Source: Candidatus Eiseniibacteriota bacterium
GTDB taxonomy: Bacteria; Eisenbacteria; RBG-16-71-46
Direction: 5' to 3'
Length of the DNA: 59,174 nt
Assembly (NCBI GenBank): GCA_044223135.1
Contig: JBGAMH010000001.1
Coordinates: 1-59,174 of the forward strand
Shown piece by piece: positions 1 to 8,324 of the stretch (its first letter is position 1; every line of letters begins with the position of its first letter). The notes beneath the pieces were generated by a model. It had not been told where the DNA came from, did no database searches, and saw only the letters and a list, made by a program, of their open reading frames with translations. Position numbers and translations under genes: made by a program.

Positions 1-183
1 GCGTGGTCGCGCGTGCGCGACGGACGGCACTGGCCCAGCGACGTGGTGGCGGGCGCGGCGATCGGCGGCTGGACCGCGCGCAAGGTGGACCGCTGGGCGC
101 AGCACCGCCTGCCGGACGGCTTGCTGGTGCTGGCTTGGCCGTCGGCGCGCGGCGGGCGCGTGGTGATGGGAGCGCGCTTCTAG
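1..183 (+). CDS. PAP2-family phosphatase, C-terminal fragment (5' end outside window)
   Basis: Frame 1 is open from base 1 to TAG 181-183 and reads AWSRVRDGRHWPSDVVAGAAIGGW. This is the SR-x5-H-x3-D motif of PAP2 phosphatases. It is absent from the ORF track because it has no start codon in the window. Confidence 0.6.
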   Translation, partial: AWSRVRDGRHWPSDVVAGAAIGGWTARKVDRWAQHRLPDGLLVLAWPSARGGRVVMGARF

Positions 184-288
184 CGAACGCGCCCTCGCGA
201 GCGGCCCGTTGCCCGGCACGCCCCCTGCCGGTCACTTCGCGGCCACCGGCAGAACGTCGCCGGTGGCCGCGACGCACGTACGACGCAC

Positions 289-2004
289 TCACTCCAGAAC
301 GACCGCTCGCGCCGAGGCCTCCCGCCCCCCCTGCCGCAAGCGGACCATGTACACACCGGCCGCCAGGCGGCCGGCCGCATCGAGACGGACGACGTGCGGA
401 CCGCTGCCGACGTCCGCGAGCACGCGCGACCACACGCGACGGCCCGCCACGTCGAACACCTCCAGGTCGCAGCGGCTCGCCCGCGACAACTGGAAGTGGA
501 CGGCGAACACGCCGCGGGCCGGGTTCGGCTGCAGCCGTTCGATCGCGAGCTCGCTCCGCGCCACCGACGGCGAGGGCGCGGCGACAACCGCCGTTTCGGG
601 GAACGACACCGTGAAACGGAGTGGCGCCCACGCCGTGGCGGAAACTCCGTCCGCCGGTGCGTCCCGACCGCAGGTGAACCGCGTCACCGGCTGGAACCAG
701 TCGAGGAACATCCACCGCAGCCAGTAGAACTCCCTTCGGTCGGGCGCCGCGAACGTGAACGTGCGGGACTCCACCCTCGGTTCGCCCTGGGCCTCGCCGT
801 TCACCAGTCCTGCCACCGGATCCTCGGGCTGCCAGTCGCCGAACACGTTCGCGTGCACCACGGCGTTCGCGTTGTAGTTCCCCGAGTCGCCGACGTACAT
901 CCATTGCACGGCGGCCGGGACGGACTGCCCGTGCTCGATCCGCTCGGGAAGGGCCCAGTTGACCCACGCCACCTGGTTCGCCCCGCGCGGATGGTCCCCC
1001 GGCCGCAGGAAGCCCGTGGCGAAGCAGTGGTCGGAGGCGAGCGGATCGCGGACTTCGAACGTCACCTCGCTCCACGCCGTCGGCGACACGTCGTCCGCCG
1101 GCACGTCCCGGCCGCCGTAGTAGCTCGTCACCGGGTGATACCAGCGCAGGTACATCCACCGCAGCGTGTAGCGCCCCGGCGTCGTCGGCGCCGTGAACCC
1201 GAACGACCGGCTCAGCGGCCGCGGCGCGCCCAGCAACTCGCCGTTCACCAGCCCCGCCAGCGGATCGTCCGGCTGCCACGATCCGAACACGTTCACGTTC
1301 ACCACCGCATCCGGGTTGTAGTTCCCGTCCAGCGCCGCGAACTCCCAGTCCACCTGCGCCGTCACCGTCGCGCCCGGCGCCACCCGCGCCGGCACCTCCC
1401 AGCGCAGGCGCGACACGTCGTTCACGCCCCGGTCTCGACCGTCGCCCGGCAGGCGCCAGTCCGCCACGCAGTGATCCACCGCGCCCGGCGGCACCACCTC
1501 GAAGCTCGCCTCGCTCCACGCCGTCGGCGACACGTCGTCCGGCGGGTTGTCGCGGCCGCCGTAGAAGCTCGTCACCGGGTCGTACCACGTCAGGTACATC
1601 CACCGCAGCGCGTGCCGGCCCGGCGTCGTCGGCGCCGTGAACGTGAACTGACGACTCACCGTGCGCGGCGCTCCCAGCAGCTCGCCGTTCACCAGTCCCG
1701 CCACCGGGTCCTCCGGCTGCCAGTCGCCGAACACGTTCACGTGCACCACCGCGTTCGCGTTGTACTCCCCGATCGGCGCGAACTCCCACTGCACATTCAC
1801 GGTCACGACCTGGCCGGGGGAGACGCGTGCGGGGAGATCCCACGCGACCCAGGCGACGTTGTTCACTCCGAGGCTTCGCGAAGCCACCGACAACGAGTAC
1901 TGCGGCAGGCAGTCGTCCGCCTCGCCCAGGGCACGGGCGACGGGCGGCGCGAACGCGAGGCTCGCGACGAGCAGGGCCAGGCCCGTGCATGAAGCGCGCG
2001 ACAT
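289..2004 (-). CDS. secreted protein with three ~148-aa tandem domains and a FlgD-Ig/T9SS-like C-terminal domain
   Basis: 571-aa ORF with a signal peptide (MSRASCTGLALLVASLAFAPPVARA). It has three in-frame repeats containing TAPTTPGR..LRWMYL.WY.PVTS.YGGRD..DDVSPTAWSE. The C-terminus reads LQPNPARGVFAVHFQL..DLEVFDVAGRRV..AAGVYMVRLRQGGREASARAVVLE. Confidence 0.85.
   Translation of the reverse strand: MSRASCTGLALLVASLAFAPPVARALGEADDCLPQYSLSVASRSLGVNNVAWVAWDLPARVSPGQVVTVNVQWEFAPIGEYNANAVVHVNVFGDWQPEDPVAGLVNGELLGAPRTVSRQFTFTAPTTPGRHALRWMYLTWYDPVTSFYGGRDNPPDDVSPTAWSEASFEVVPPGAVDHCVADWRLPGDGRDRGVNDVSRLRWEVPARVAPGATVTAQVDWEFAALDGNYNPDAVVNVNVFGSWQPDDPLAGLVNGELLGAPRPLSRSFGFTAPTTPGRYTLRWMYLRWYHPVTSYYGGRDVPADDVSPTAWSEVTFEVRDPLASDHCFATGFLRPGDHPRGANQVAWVNWALPERIEHGQSVPAAVQWMYVGDSGNYNANAVVHANVFGDWQPEDPVAGLVNGEAQGEPRVESRTFTFAAPDRREFYWLRWMFLDWFQPVTRFTCGRDAPADGVSATAWAPLRFTVSFPETAVVAAPSPSVARSELAIERLQPNPARGVFAVHFQLSRASRCDLEVFDVAGRRVWSRVLADVGSGPHVVRLDAAGRLAAGVYMVRLRQGGREASARAVVLE
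595..1917 (-). repeat. three in-frame tandem repeats, period ~444 nt (~148 aa), inside the 289-2004 CDS
   Basis: The string tcgctccacgccgtcggcgacacgtcgtcc recurs at about 1067 and 1511, with a more diverged copy near 623. At protein level each unit opens with D-(D/H)-C (residues 30, 177 and 325). Confidence 0.85.
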
Positions 2005-2038
2005 GAAGGCCTCCTCCGACGATGCGATGACGCGTCGA

Positions 2039-2054
2039 GGTGCACTCGTGCACC
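2039..2054. promoter_or_regulatory. palindrome GGTGCAC-tc-GTGCACC; candidate operator upstream of the repeat-protein gene
   Basis: Perfect 7-bp inverted arms lie 35-50 nt upstream of the ATG at 2004, in the 249-bp gap after the regulator gene. No protein has been assigned to it. Confidence 0.25.
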
Positions 2055-2253
2055 CGCGCGGGGCGGCTCGCAGCCGTCACCCGGTGCCGCGGGGGCATCA
2101 CCGGTCGGCCGCGCAGGTCCGCGTTCGTGGCAGCCACGGGAAGCCCCGACTTCGATTCCCCCGAAACGCCGCCGGGAACTTCCCGGGCTCCGAATGCAGA
2201 CTGGGGGCGATCGGTGCGGCCGGGGAGACTCGGAAGTGAGTCGGGTGCGTTCG

Positions 2254-3324
2254 TCAGTCGCCGGCGCCGGGGCCCGCGTCGAGTCGCAACACTCCGAGCC
2301 GGTCCATCGCCCGCCGGAAGTTCTGGGGCGACTGCCCCGCGCGTCGGGCGGCGGCGTTCACGGTGCGCTCCGCGCGAAGGAACAGAAGCAGGCGGTCCAG
2401 CTCGCCCTCGACCCGCCCGACCAGGAGAGGATTGCGCTCCGTCTCGGGCAGCGACCCCACGTCGCGCAGCCCGATCACCGGCCGGTCGCCCGCCCGCTGC
2501 CACGCCGCGAGCACGACCGTGTGCAGCTCGCGCACGTTGCCCGTCCAATCGCACTCGGACAGCACCGCGGCGACCTCCGGGTCCAGCCGCTTCGCCGGCG
2601 GCCGCGTGGACGCGAGACGCGAGAGCAACCGCTCGGACAGCGGCACGATGTCGGCGCGCCGTTCGCGGAGCGGAGGGACGTTCACGATCGCCACCGGGGG
2701 CTCGGTGGCACCGCCTCGCTCCACGATCGCGGTCCATGCCCGCAGGGTCCGCCGGGCGAGGTGCTTGCCCGAGCCTTCTTCGCCGACCGCGTAGACCGGC
2801 CCGCCCGACATGGCGGCGCCGCGGAGCTGCGCGAGCAGGGACCGCGTGCCCGCCGAGTGCGCACACCACTCAGCGACGAGTGGCTGTTCCTCCGCGGGAG
2901 CGGTGTCCGGCGGTGCACTTTCCGAGTCCGCCTCGCCGACGCCGTCCTCGTCGTCGAACAGGCGCTCCACCTTCTCGCGCAACCGGGAGAGGAAGTCCAC
3001 GGCCCTCGCGTCCAGAACGGCGTGCGCATGCGTCCGGCGCAACGCCTCCTGCGCCACGGCGTCCACGTAGTAGGAGGTGTAGAACACGCGCAGGGTGCGC
3101 TCGCTCAGCATGCGGGTCAGCTCCAGCACCTGCATGCCGGTGCCATGCCCGCCCAGGTCGAAGTCGGTGACGACCGCGCCCCACGCGTCCCCGCCCCCGA
3201 CGAGGGCCCTCACGGCCTCGTCGAAGCCGCTCACGAGCCGGCACTCGCACCGGAAACCGAGGGCCTTCGCGACGGCAGGGCCGCGTTCGATGTGATCGTC
3301 CACCACCAGCAGGCGCGGAGTCAT
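2254..3324 (-). CDS. NtrC-like response regulator with truncated sigma54-activator (AAA+) module and Fis-type HTH
   Basis: The ATG at 3322-3324 overlaps the kinase stop (ATGA). The N-terminus is REC-like (LLVVDD, VVTDFDL). Walker A (GEEGSGKH) and the PPLRERRADI..GNVRELH segment are present. The C-terminal HTH reads NAAARRAGQSPQNFRRAMDRLGV. The track ORF runs to 3945 but that extension is Arg/Gly junk overlapping the kinase. Confidence 0.8.
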   Translation of the reverse strand: MTPRLLVVDDHIERGPAVAKALGFRCECRLVSGFDEAVRALVGGGDAWGAVVTDFDLGGHGTGMQVLELTRMLSERTLRVFYTSYYVDAVAQEALRRTHAHAVLDARAVDFLSRLREKVERLFDDEDGVGEADSESAPPDTAPAEEQPLVAEWCAHSAGTRSLLAQLRGAAMSGGPVYAVGEEGSGKHLARRTLRAWTAIVERGGATEPPVAIVNVPPLRERRADIVPLSERLLSRLASTRPPAKRLDPEVAAVLSECDWTGNVRELHTVVLAAWQRAGDRPVIGLRDVGSLPETERNPLLVGRVEGELDRLLLFLRAERTVNAAARRAGQSPQNFRRAMDRLGVLRLDAGPGAGD

Positions 3325-5576
3325 GGCGCGCCCGCCGCTCCGAAGGGGGCCAGCACCCGCACGCGGAGCTGGAAGCGCGCCCCGCGCTCGCTCGGGGCCA
3401 GCGCCAGGCTCCCGCGCCAGGCGCGCGCCAGCTCGCGGGCGTGAACCAGGCCGAAGCCCCCCCGGTGACGGGTGCTGAAGGATGCTTCGAAGATCCTTTC
3501 CCGCTGCTCGTGCGGAATGCCGGGGCCGGTGTCGGCCACCTCGATCACGACCCAGCGAGGGTCGCCCTCGTCCCGCCCGACGCTCACGTGCACTTCCGCA
3601 TCCGGTCGGCGTGCCAGCTGTCGTGCGGCGTTGTCGAGCAACTCGCCCACGATCTCGCGCAACTCGTCGGGATCGAACAACACGGGGACGGCGGCACGGG
3701 GCGCGCCGGTGAAACTCGAGGCGATGCCGGCCTCCGCGAGCGCGCGCTGTCGCGAACGCAGCGCGTCCTGAGCTACGACGTCCGCTCGGCAGCCGAGGGC
3801 TGCACCTTCCTCCTCGTGCAGACGCTGGCACGTCGACTGAAGGTCGTTGCACGCCCGGACCAGCTCCATGGCCGCCGGCGCGTCGAGTGGGCCCGCGGCC
3901 ACTCGACGTTCGACGTCGTCCAGCAGCCGGGTGGCGGCCACCCACGAGGGGCCTTTCCCTCGCAGTGCCGCGGCGCGGGCGAGGTATCTCCGGATCGCGG
4001 GCACCCCCACGAGCCTCAGGTGATCACGGGCGGCCTCTCGCGGATCACCCCGCGCGGGAAGGTCCGCGTGTACCTGCTGCACCCAGCGCCGCAACGCCTC
4101 CACCGGGCCCTTCGTGTCGAACACCTCGTGACCGATCTGCAGGTGCTCCACGAGGAACTCGCGCACGCTCGCCGGTTCGCCGCGACGAGCGCCTCTCCGG
4201 GACGGCAGACGAAGCGAGGCGAGCGCTCCGACCACCAACCCCGCGAGCGCGACCAGCGCCCAGCGCCCCGGCTCCCGCATCGGCGACACGCGGCGGGCCC
4301 TCCAGTCGAGCACGCGGTCGTCCACGCTGACGAGCGCCTGCTCGGAGACACCGGTGCGACGCGGCAGGATCCGCACCGGTGACCTCGGCGCGCCGTGCAG
4401 GGGGAACCGGCCTCGCACGCGCAGGTGGTCGTCCAGGACCAGCCCCTCGCGCTCGGTGGACGCGATCACCTCCCTTTCGCCGTCGCCGTCGAGGTCGTCG
4501 CACGCCCATGCCTCGATCGCCACCGGCTCCCGGCGTGACCAGAGCGTGCGCAGGCTGTCGTCGTAGATGGCCAGGTTTCCCTCGGCGTCGCCGACGACGA
4601 ACCGCGGAGGCGCCTCGCTCAGCAAGCGTGGCATGCCGAAGCTGGTGGGAACCGCCCGCTCCCGCAGCACGCGCCCCTCGCGCGCGTCCACGACCAGCAG
4701 CCGGGCCGGACGCGGATTCTCGGCCGCGTGTTCGTGCATCGTCACGAACAGCGTCGGCGCCCGCTCGCGGCCGACCTGGCGAACGAACCCGACGAACTGC
4801 GCACGCGAGTACTGACCCCCGGTTCGAAGGGCCCACACCTTCGCGCCGTCTGCGTCGAGCGCCAGCAGGTACGAGTCGGAATCGTCGAAGGGTGGCCCGG
4901 TCCCGGCGTTGTCCGTGGCGGCGGTCCCGACGATCAGGAGCGGGCGCGCCGTGTCGGGGGCGGCCGACTCCATCGACATCAGCTCGGCCTGCATGGGAAA
5001 CGCACCGAAGGCGAACTCCCACGCCATGCGTTTCCGCGCGTGGTCGTACGCCACGATCGCGCGGGGCGGGTGCCGTTCGCCGACCACGATCGCGAGCAGG
5101 AGCCGCGCGCCGTCCGCGCGGCGGACGGCGCCCACGGGGAAAGCCGCGCCATTCCACGGGCGGCCCTGGAAGCGCGGGCCGGTGAAGGGACCGAGCGAAT
5201 CCACGGTGGCGCCCGCGCGATCCAGCAGCTCGAGGACCATGCCGCGCGTCGTGTCGTGGACGGCCACGCCGACTTCGTCCAGTCCGTCACCGTCGACGTC
5301 CACGGCGCCTTGCACCGTGATCGGCGCGGGGAAGCTGCGAACGCCGAATGCACCCGGAAGGCGACCCTGGACGCGCGCGAACAGGAAGTCCCCGTTCAGT
5401 CCCAGGGCGAGATCGTCCGTTCCGTTGCCGAGCACGTTCACGCGCTCGACCGTTCCGGCCTGTGGCGAGACGACGACATGGTCGAAGGCCAGGGGGGCGG
5501 GTGAACTCGAGAACACGACCAGCCCGCCGGCCGCGCCGAGCGCCACACCCATTCCGAATCGCAGGAACCCACGCAT
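3321..5576 (-). CDS. sensor histidine kinase with FG-GAP/beta-propeller-like extracytoplasmic domain
   Basis: Signal/anchor segment MRGFLRFGMGVALGAAGGLVVF. Periplasmic region carries DVDGDGLDEVGV and CDDLDGDGEREVIAS repeats. A transmembrane segment follows (WALVALAGLVVGALASL). The C-terminal HATPase_c motifs are ELLDNAARQ, VADTGPGIP and GGFGLVHARE. The start is taken at M71 of the track ORF; ATG 5786 is the alternative. Confidence 0.8.
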   Translation of the reverse strand: MRGFLRFGMGVALGAAGGLVVFSSSPAPLAFDHVVVSPQAGTVERVNVLGNGTDDLALGLNGDFLFARVQGRLPGAFGVRSFPAPITVQGAVDVDGDGLDEVGVAVHDTTRGMVLELLDRAGATVDSLGPFTGPRFQGRPWNGAAFPVGAVRRADGARLLLAIVVGERHPPRAIVAYDHARKRMAWEFAFGAFPMQAELMSMESAAPDTARPLLIVGTAATDNAGTGPPFDDSDSYLLALDADGAKVWALRTGGQYSRAQFVGFVRQVGRERAPTLFVTMHEHAAENPRPARLLVVDAREGRVLRERAVPTSFGMPRLLSEAPPRFVVGDAEGNLAIYDDSLRTLWSRREPVAIEAWACDDLDGDGEREVIASTEREGLVLDDHLRVRGRFPLHGAPRSPVRILPRRTGVSEQALVSVDDRVLDWRARRVSPMREPGRWALVALAGLVVGALASLRLPSRRGARRGEPASVREFLVEHLQIGHEVFDTKGPVEALRRWVQQVHADLPARGDPREAARDHLRLVGVPAIRRYLARAAALRGKGPSWVAATRLLDDVERRVAAGPLDAPAAMELVRACNDLQSTCQRLHEEEGAALGCRADVVAQDALRSRQRALAEAGIASSFTGAPRAAVPVLFDPDELREIVGELLDNAARQLARRPDAEVHVSVGRDEGDPRWVVIEVADTGPGIPHEQRERIFEASFSTRHRGGFGLVHARELARAWRGSLALAPSERGARFQLRVRVLAPFGAAGAP

Positions 5577-5926
5577 CGGTCGACCCTCGGCAGGCGGCGT
5601 TCGAACCGGCACGGGTGGCAGTGGAACACAGGCGTTCGTCGCGATCACGTCCGAAGCGGAACACTCGCGCCCACCTCCCCGTGCCATCCGCCCTCGCCGC
5701 GCACTCCCGACGAAAAACGCCGGCTCTGCGCGCGCGATCTCACGCGCCCGGCAGAGAACGATTCGATCACTTTGCGCAGTCTGCAACTTCCGGGAGAGCG
5801 TGAAGGTCGATACTGCACGCGTACATCACCGTCACGCGCCGCGCCGTCGAGCCCGCGCCGGCCTCGACCCGCCCTGTTCCGCGTGCGGCGTCGCTTCGCC
5901 TGTCCCGTCGGCGCTCGGACGTCGCC

Positions 5927-6385
5927 ATGACTCTGCTCCAGCTGCTCGAAGAACACTCCGACGAGATCGTCGAGAACGCGCTCGCCGCCGCCCAGCGCGC
6001 GCGTCTGCAGCACTACGAAGATTCCGGCCCCGAAACCACGCGCGCGCGCCTCCAGGCCCTGTTCGAGCTGGTGGTGGAGTCGGTGCGCACCAACAGCTCG
6101 GCCCCGGTGCGCGAGCACGCCCAGAAGGTGGCGGAGGAACGCTTCCGCACCGGGTTCGGCCTGGGCGAGGTGCAGACCGCCTTCAACGCGCTCGAGGAAT
6201 CGCTGTGGAAGGTCGTGATGCGCGACCTGCCGCCGGTGCAGCTGGGCGCCGCGCTCGCGGACGTGAGCACGGCGCTGGGCTCGGGCAAGGACGAGCTCGC
6301 GCGGACGTGGGTGACGCTCGCCACGCGCACGGGCAGTTCGTCGCTGCACCTGGAGAACCTGTTCAAGGGTTCGATGACCCGCTGA
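5927..6385 (+). CDS. small cytoplasmic helical protein, RsbR-N/globin-coupled-sensor-like (tentative)
   Basis: 152-aa ORF with very high GC3, divergent from the kinase operon. The N-terminus [22 protein letters not shown]...[23 protein letters not shown] resembles the non-heme globin N-domain of RsbR-type proteins, judged from memory of the pattern. Confidence 0.55.
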   Translation: MTLLQLLEEHSDEIVENALAAAQRARLQHYEDSGPETTRARLQALFELVVESVRTNSSAPVREHAQKVAEERFRTGFGLGEVQTAFNALEESLWKVVMRDLPPVQLGAALADVSTALGSGKDELARTWVTLATRTGSSSLHLENLFKGSMTR

Positions 6386-6605
6386 TCCTTTCCCGTCCCG
6401 GCCCGCGACGTCGCGGGCCGCGGGCGTCGTGTCATCGCGTGGCCGCCGGACACGAGGCGTCCTCGGTCGCGCGCGCTTCCCCCTCGCAGTGAACTGCGCC
6501 GTTCCGATCGAGCCGGCTCGTCGACTCCCTCGCGGGGCGGCTGCCGTGGTTCTCTCCAGCGTCCGGTCAGGCCCGGAGCCGCCGACCGGAAGACAGGAAT
6601 CGGCC

Positions 6606-8324
6606 ATGTCGACTCTCGCGATCCGTCCTCCTCGCCGCGCCCGCGTTGCGGCGCCCGCCCAGCGCGGTCACGAACTGCTGCACTCGCCGCGGTGGAACAA
6701 GGGCGCAGCGTTCACACCCGAGGAGCGCGCCCGCTTCGGCCTTCGCGGCCTCCTGCCGCCCACGCCGCAGACCATCCAGGAGCAGGTGCAGCTCGAGCTC
6801 GAACACCTGCGCCAGAAGACGGACGACCTCGAGAAGTACATCGGGCTGCGCGCGCTCTCGAACCGCAACGAGACGCTGTTCTACCGCGTGCTGGTGGAGA
6901 ACCTCGGCGAGATGATGCCGATCGTCTACACCCCGACCGTGGGCAAGGCGTGCCAGAACTACAGCCACATCTTCCGCTGGCCGCGCGGCCTGTGGATCAC
7001 GCCCGACGACGTGGACCGCATCCCCGAACTGCTGCGCAACGCCGCCGACGGTGACGTGCGGCTGATCGTGGTCACCGACAACGAGCGCATCCTCGGCCTG
7101 GGCGACCAGGGCGCGGGCGGGCTCGGCATCCCGGTGGGCAAGATCTCGCTCTACTGCGCGGCGGCGGGCATCCACCCGTCGAACACGCTGCCCGTGAGCC
7201 TGGACGTCGGCACCGACAACCCGGCGCTGCTCGAGGACCCGTTCTACATCGGGCACCGCAGCCGCCGCCTGCGCGGCCGGCGCTACGACGAGCTGGTGGA
7301 GGCGTTCGTCGAAGCCGTCATGGAGGTGTTCCCGCGCGCGCTCGTGCAGTGGGAGGACTTCCGCAAGGGCACGGCGTTCACGATCCTCGACCGCTACCGC
7401 AAGCGCATCCCGAGCTTCAACGACGACATCCAGGGCACGGCGGCCGTCGCCGTGGGCGGCATCCTGTCGGCGCTCCACACGACCGGCGGCTCGCTGGCCG
7501 ATCAGCGCATCGTATTCGCCGGCGCGGGCGCCGCGGGCGTGGGCATCGGGCGGCTCGTGGCGGCGGCCATGCTGGAGGACGGCATGGCGCCGGCCGACAT
7601 CCACCGCCAGCTCGTGTTCTGCGACAGCCGCGGACTGCTCACCGCGGGCTCCGAGATCCGCGATGCGCACAAGCTGCCGGTGGCGATGACCGCCGACGAG
7701 CAGCGCTTCTACGGCTTCGAGGGCACCGGCCCGTTCGCGCTGGCCGAGGTGGTGCGGCAGGTGAAGCCCACGATCCTGGTGGGCACGTCGGCGGTGCCGG
7801 GCCTGTTCGACGAAACCGTGGTGCGCGAGATGGCGGCGCACACGCCGATGCCGGTGATCTTCCCGCTCAGCAATCCCACCTCGATGGTGGAGTGCACACC
7901 GGCGGAGGCGCTGCGCTGGTCGGACGGTCGCGCGATCGTCGCCACCGGCAGCCCGTTCGCACCGCTGGAATACCAGGGCCGCCTGCACGAGTTCGGGCAG
8001 GGCAACAACGTGTTCATCTTCCCGGGCGTCGGGCTGGGCTGCATCCTGAGCGAGGCGCGCGAAGTGGGCGACGAGCTGATGCTGGTGGCCGCGCGCACGC
8101 TCGCCTCGTGCGTGACGCCGGCGCGTCGCGAGCACGGCTCGATCTATCCCGACGTGGCCGACCTGCGGCGCGTGAGCGCGCTCATCGCCGCGGCGGTCAT
8201 CCGCAAGGCGCGCGACCTGCGCGTGGGGCGGCGCATCGAGGACGACGAGGTCGAATCGCTCGTGGCGCGGTCGATGTGGTACCCGGACTATCCCGAGTAC
8301 GACGACTCGTCCGACACGCCGTGA
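6606..8324 (+). CDS. maeA: NAD(P)-dependent malic enzyme
   Basis: Motifs seen: [81 protein letters not shown] and FPLSNPT. The start is taken at the internal ATG (MSTLAIRP) of track ORF 6429-8324. Confidence 0.93.
   Translation: MSTLAIRPPRRARVAAPAQRGHELLHSPRWNKGAAFTPEERARFGLRGLLPPTPQTIQEQVQLELEHLRQKTDDLEKYIGLRALSNRNETLFYRVLVENLGEMMPIVYTPTVGKACQNYSHIFRWPRGLWITPDDVDRIPELLRNAADGDVRLIVVTDNERILGLGDQGAGGLGIPVGKISLYCAAAGIHPSNTLPVSLDVGTDNPALLEDPFYIGHRSRRLRGRRYDELVEAFVEAVMEVFPRALVQWEDFRKGTAFTILDRYRKRIPSFNDDIQGTAAVAVGGILSALHTTGGSLADQRIVFAGAGAAGVGIGRLVAAAMLEDGMAPADIHRQLVFCDSRGLLTAGSEIRDAHKLPVAMTADEQRFYGFEGTGPFALAEVVRQVKPTILVGTSAVPGLFDETVVREMAAHTPMPVIFPLSNPTSMVECTPAEALRWSDGRAIVATGSPFAPLEYQGRLHEFGQGNNVFIFPGVGLGCILSEAREVGDELMLVAARTLASCVTPARREHGSIYPDVADLRRVSALIAAAVIRKARDLRVGRRIEDDEVESLVARSMWYPDYPEYDDSSDTP

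Noticed and set aside
394-1992. 532-aa plus-strand ORF antisense to the three-repeat protein gene
   Set aside because: The composition is extremely Arg/His/Pro-rich with no motifs. It mirrors a minus-strand frame that has a signal peptide, repeats and a sorting domain. This is a typical shadow ORF of GC-rich DNA.
5585-5615. GTTCGAAC string resembling a tRNA T-loop in the kinase upstream region
   Set aside because: The flanking bases do not form a T-stem, and no acceptor or anticodon arms can be drawn. I saw no tRNA anywhere in the intergenic regions.
3321-8324. Full-length track ORFs with long N-terminal extensions (3321-5786, 6429-8324, and similarly 10316-13465, 15624-17876, 17378-20947, 22058-26179)
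   Set aside because: The extensions are Arg/Pro-rich and precede obvious signal peptides or conserved N-termini. They also lack SD sequences, whereas internal starts with SD motifs were available.
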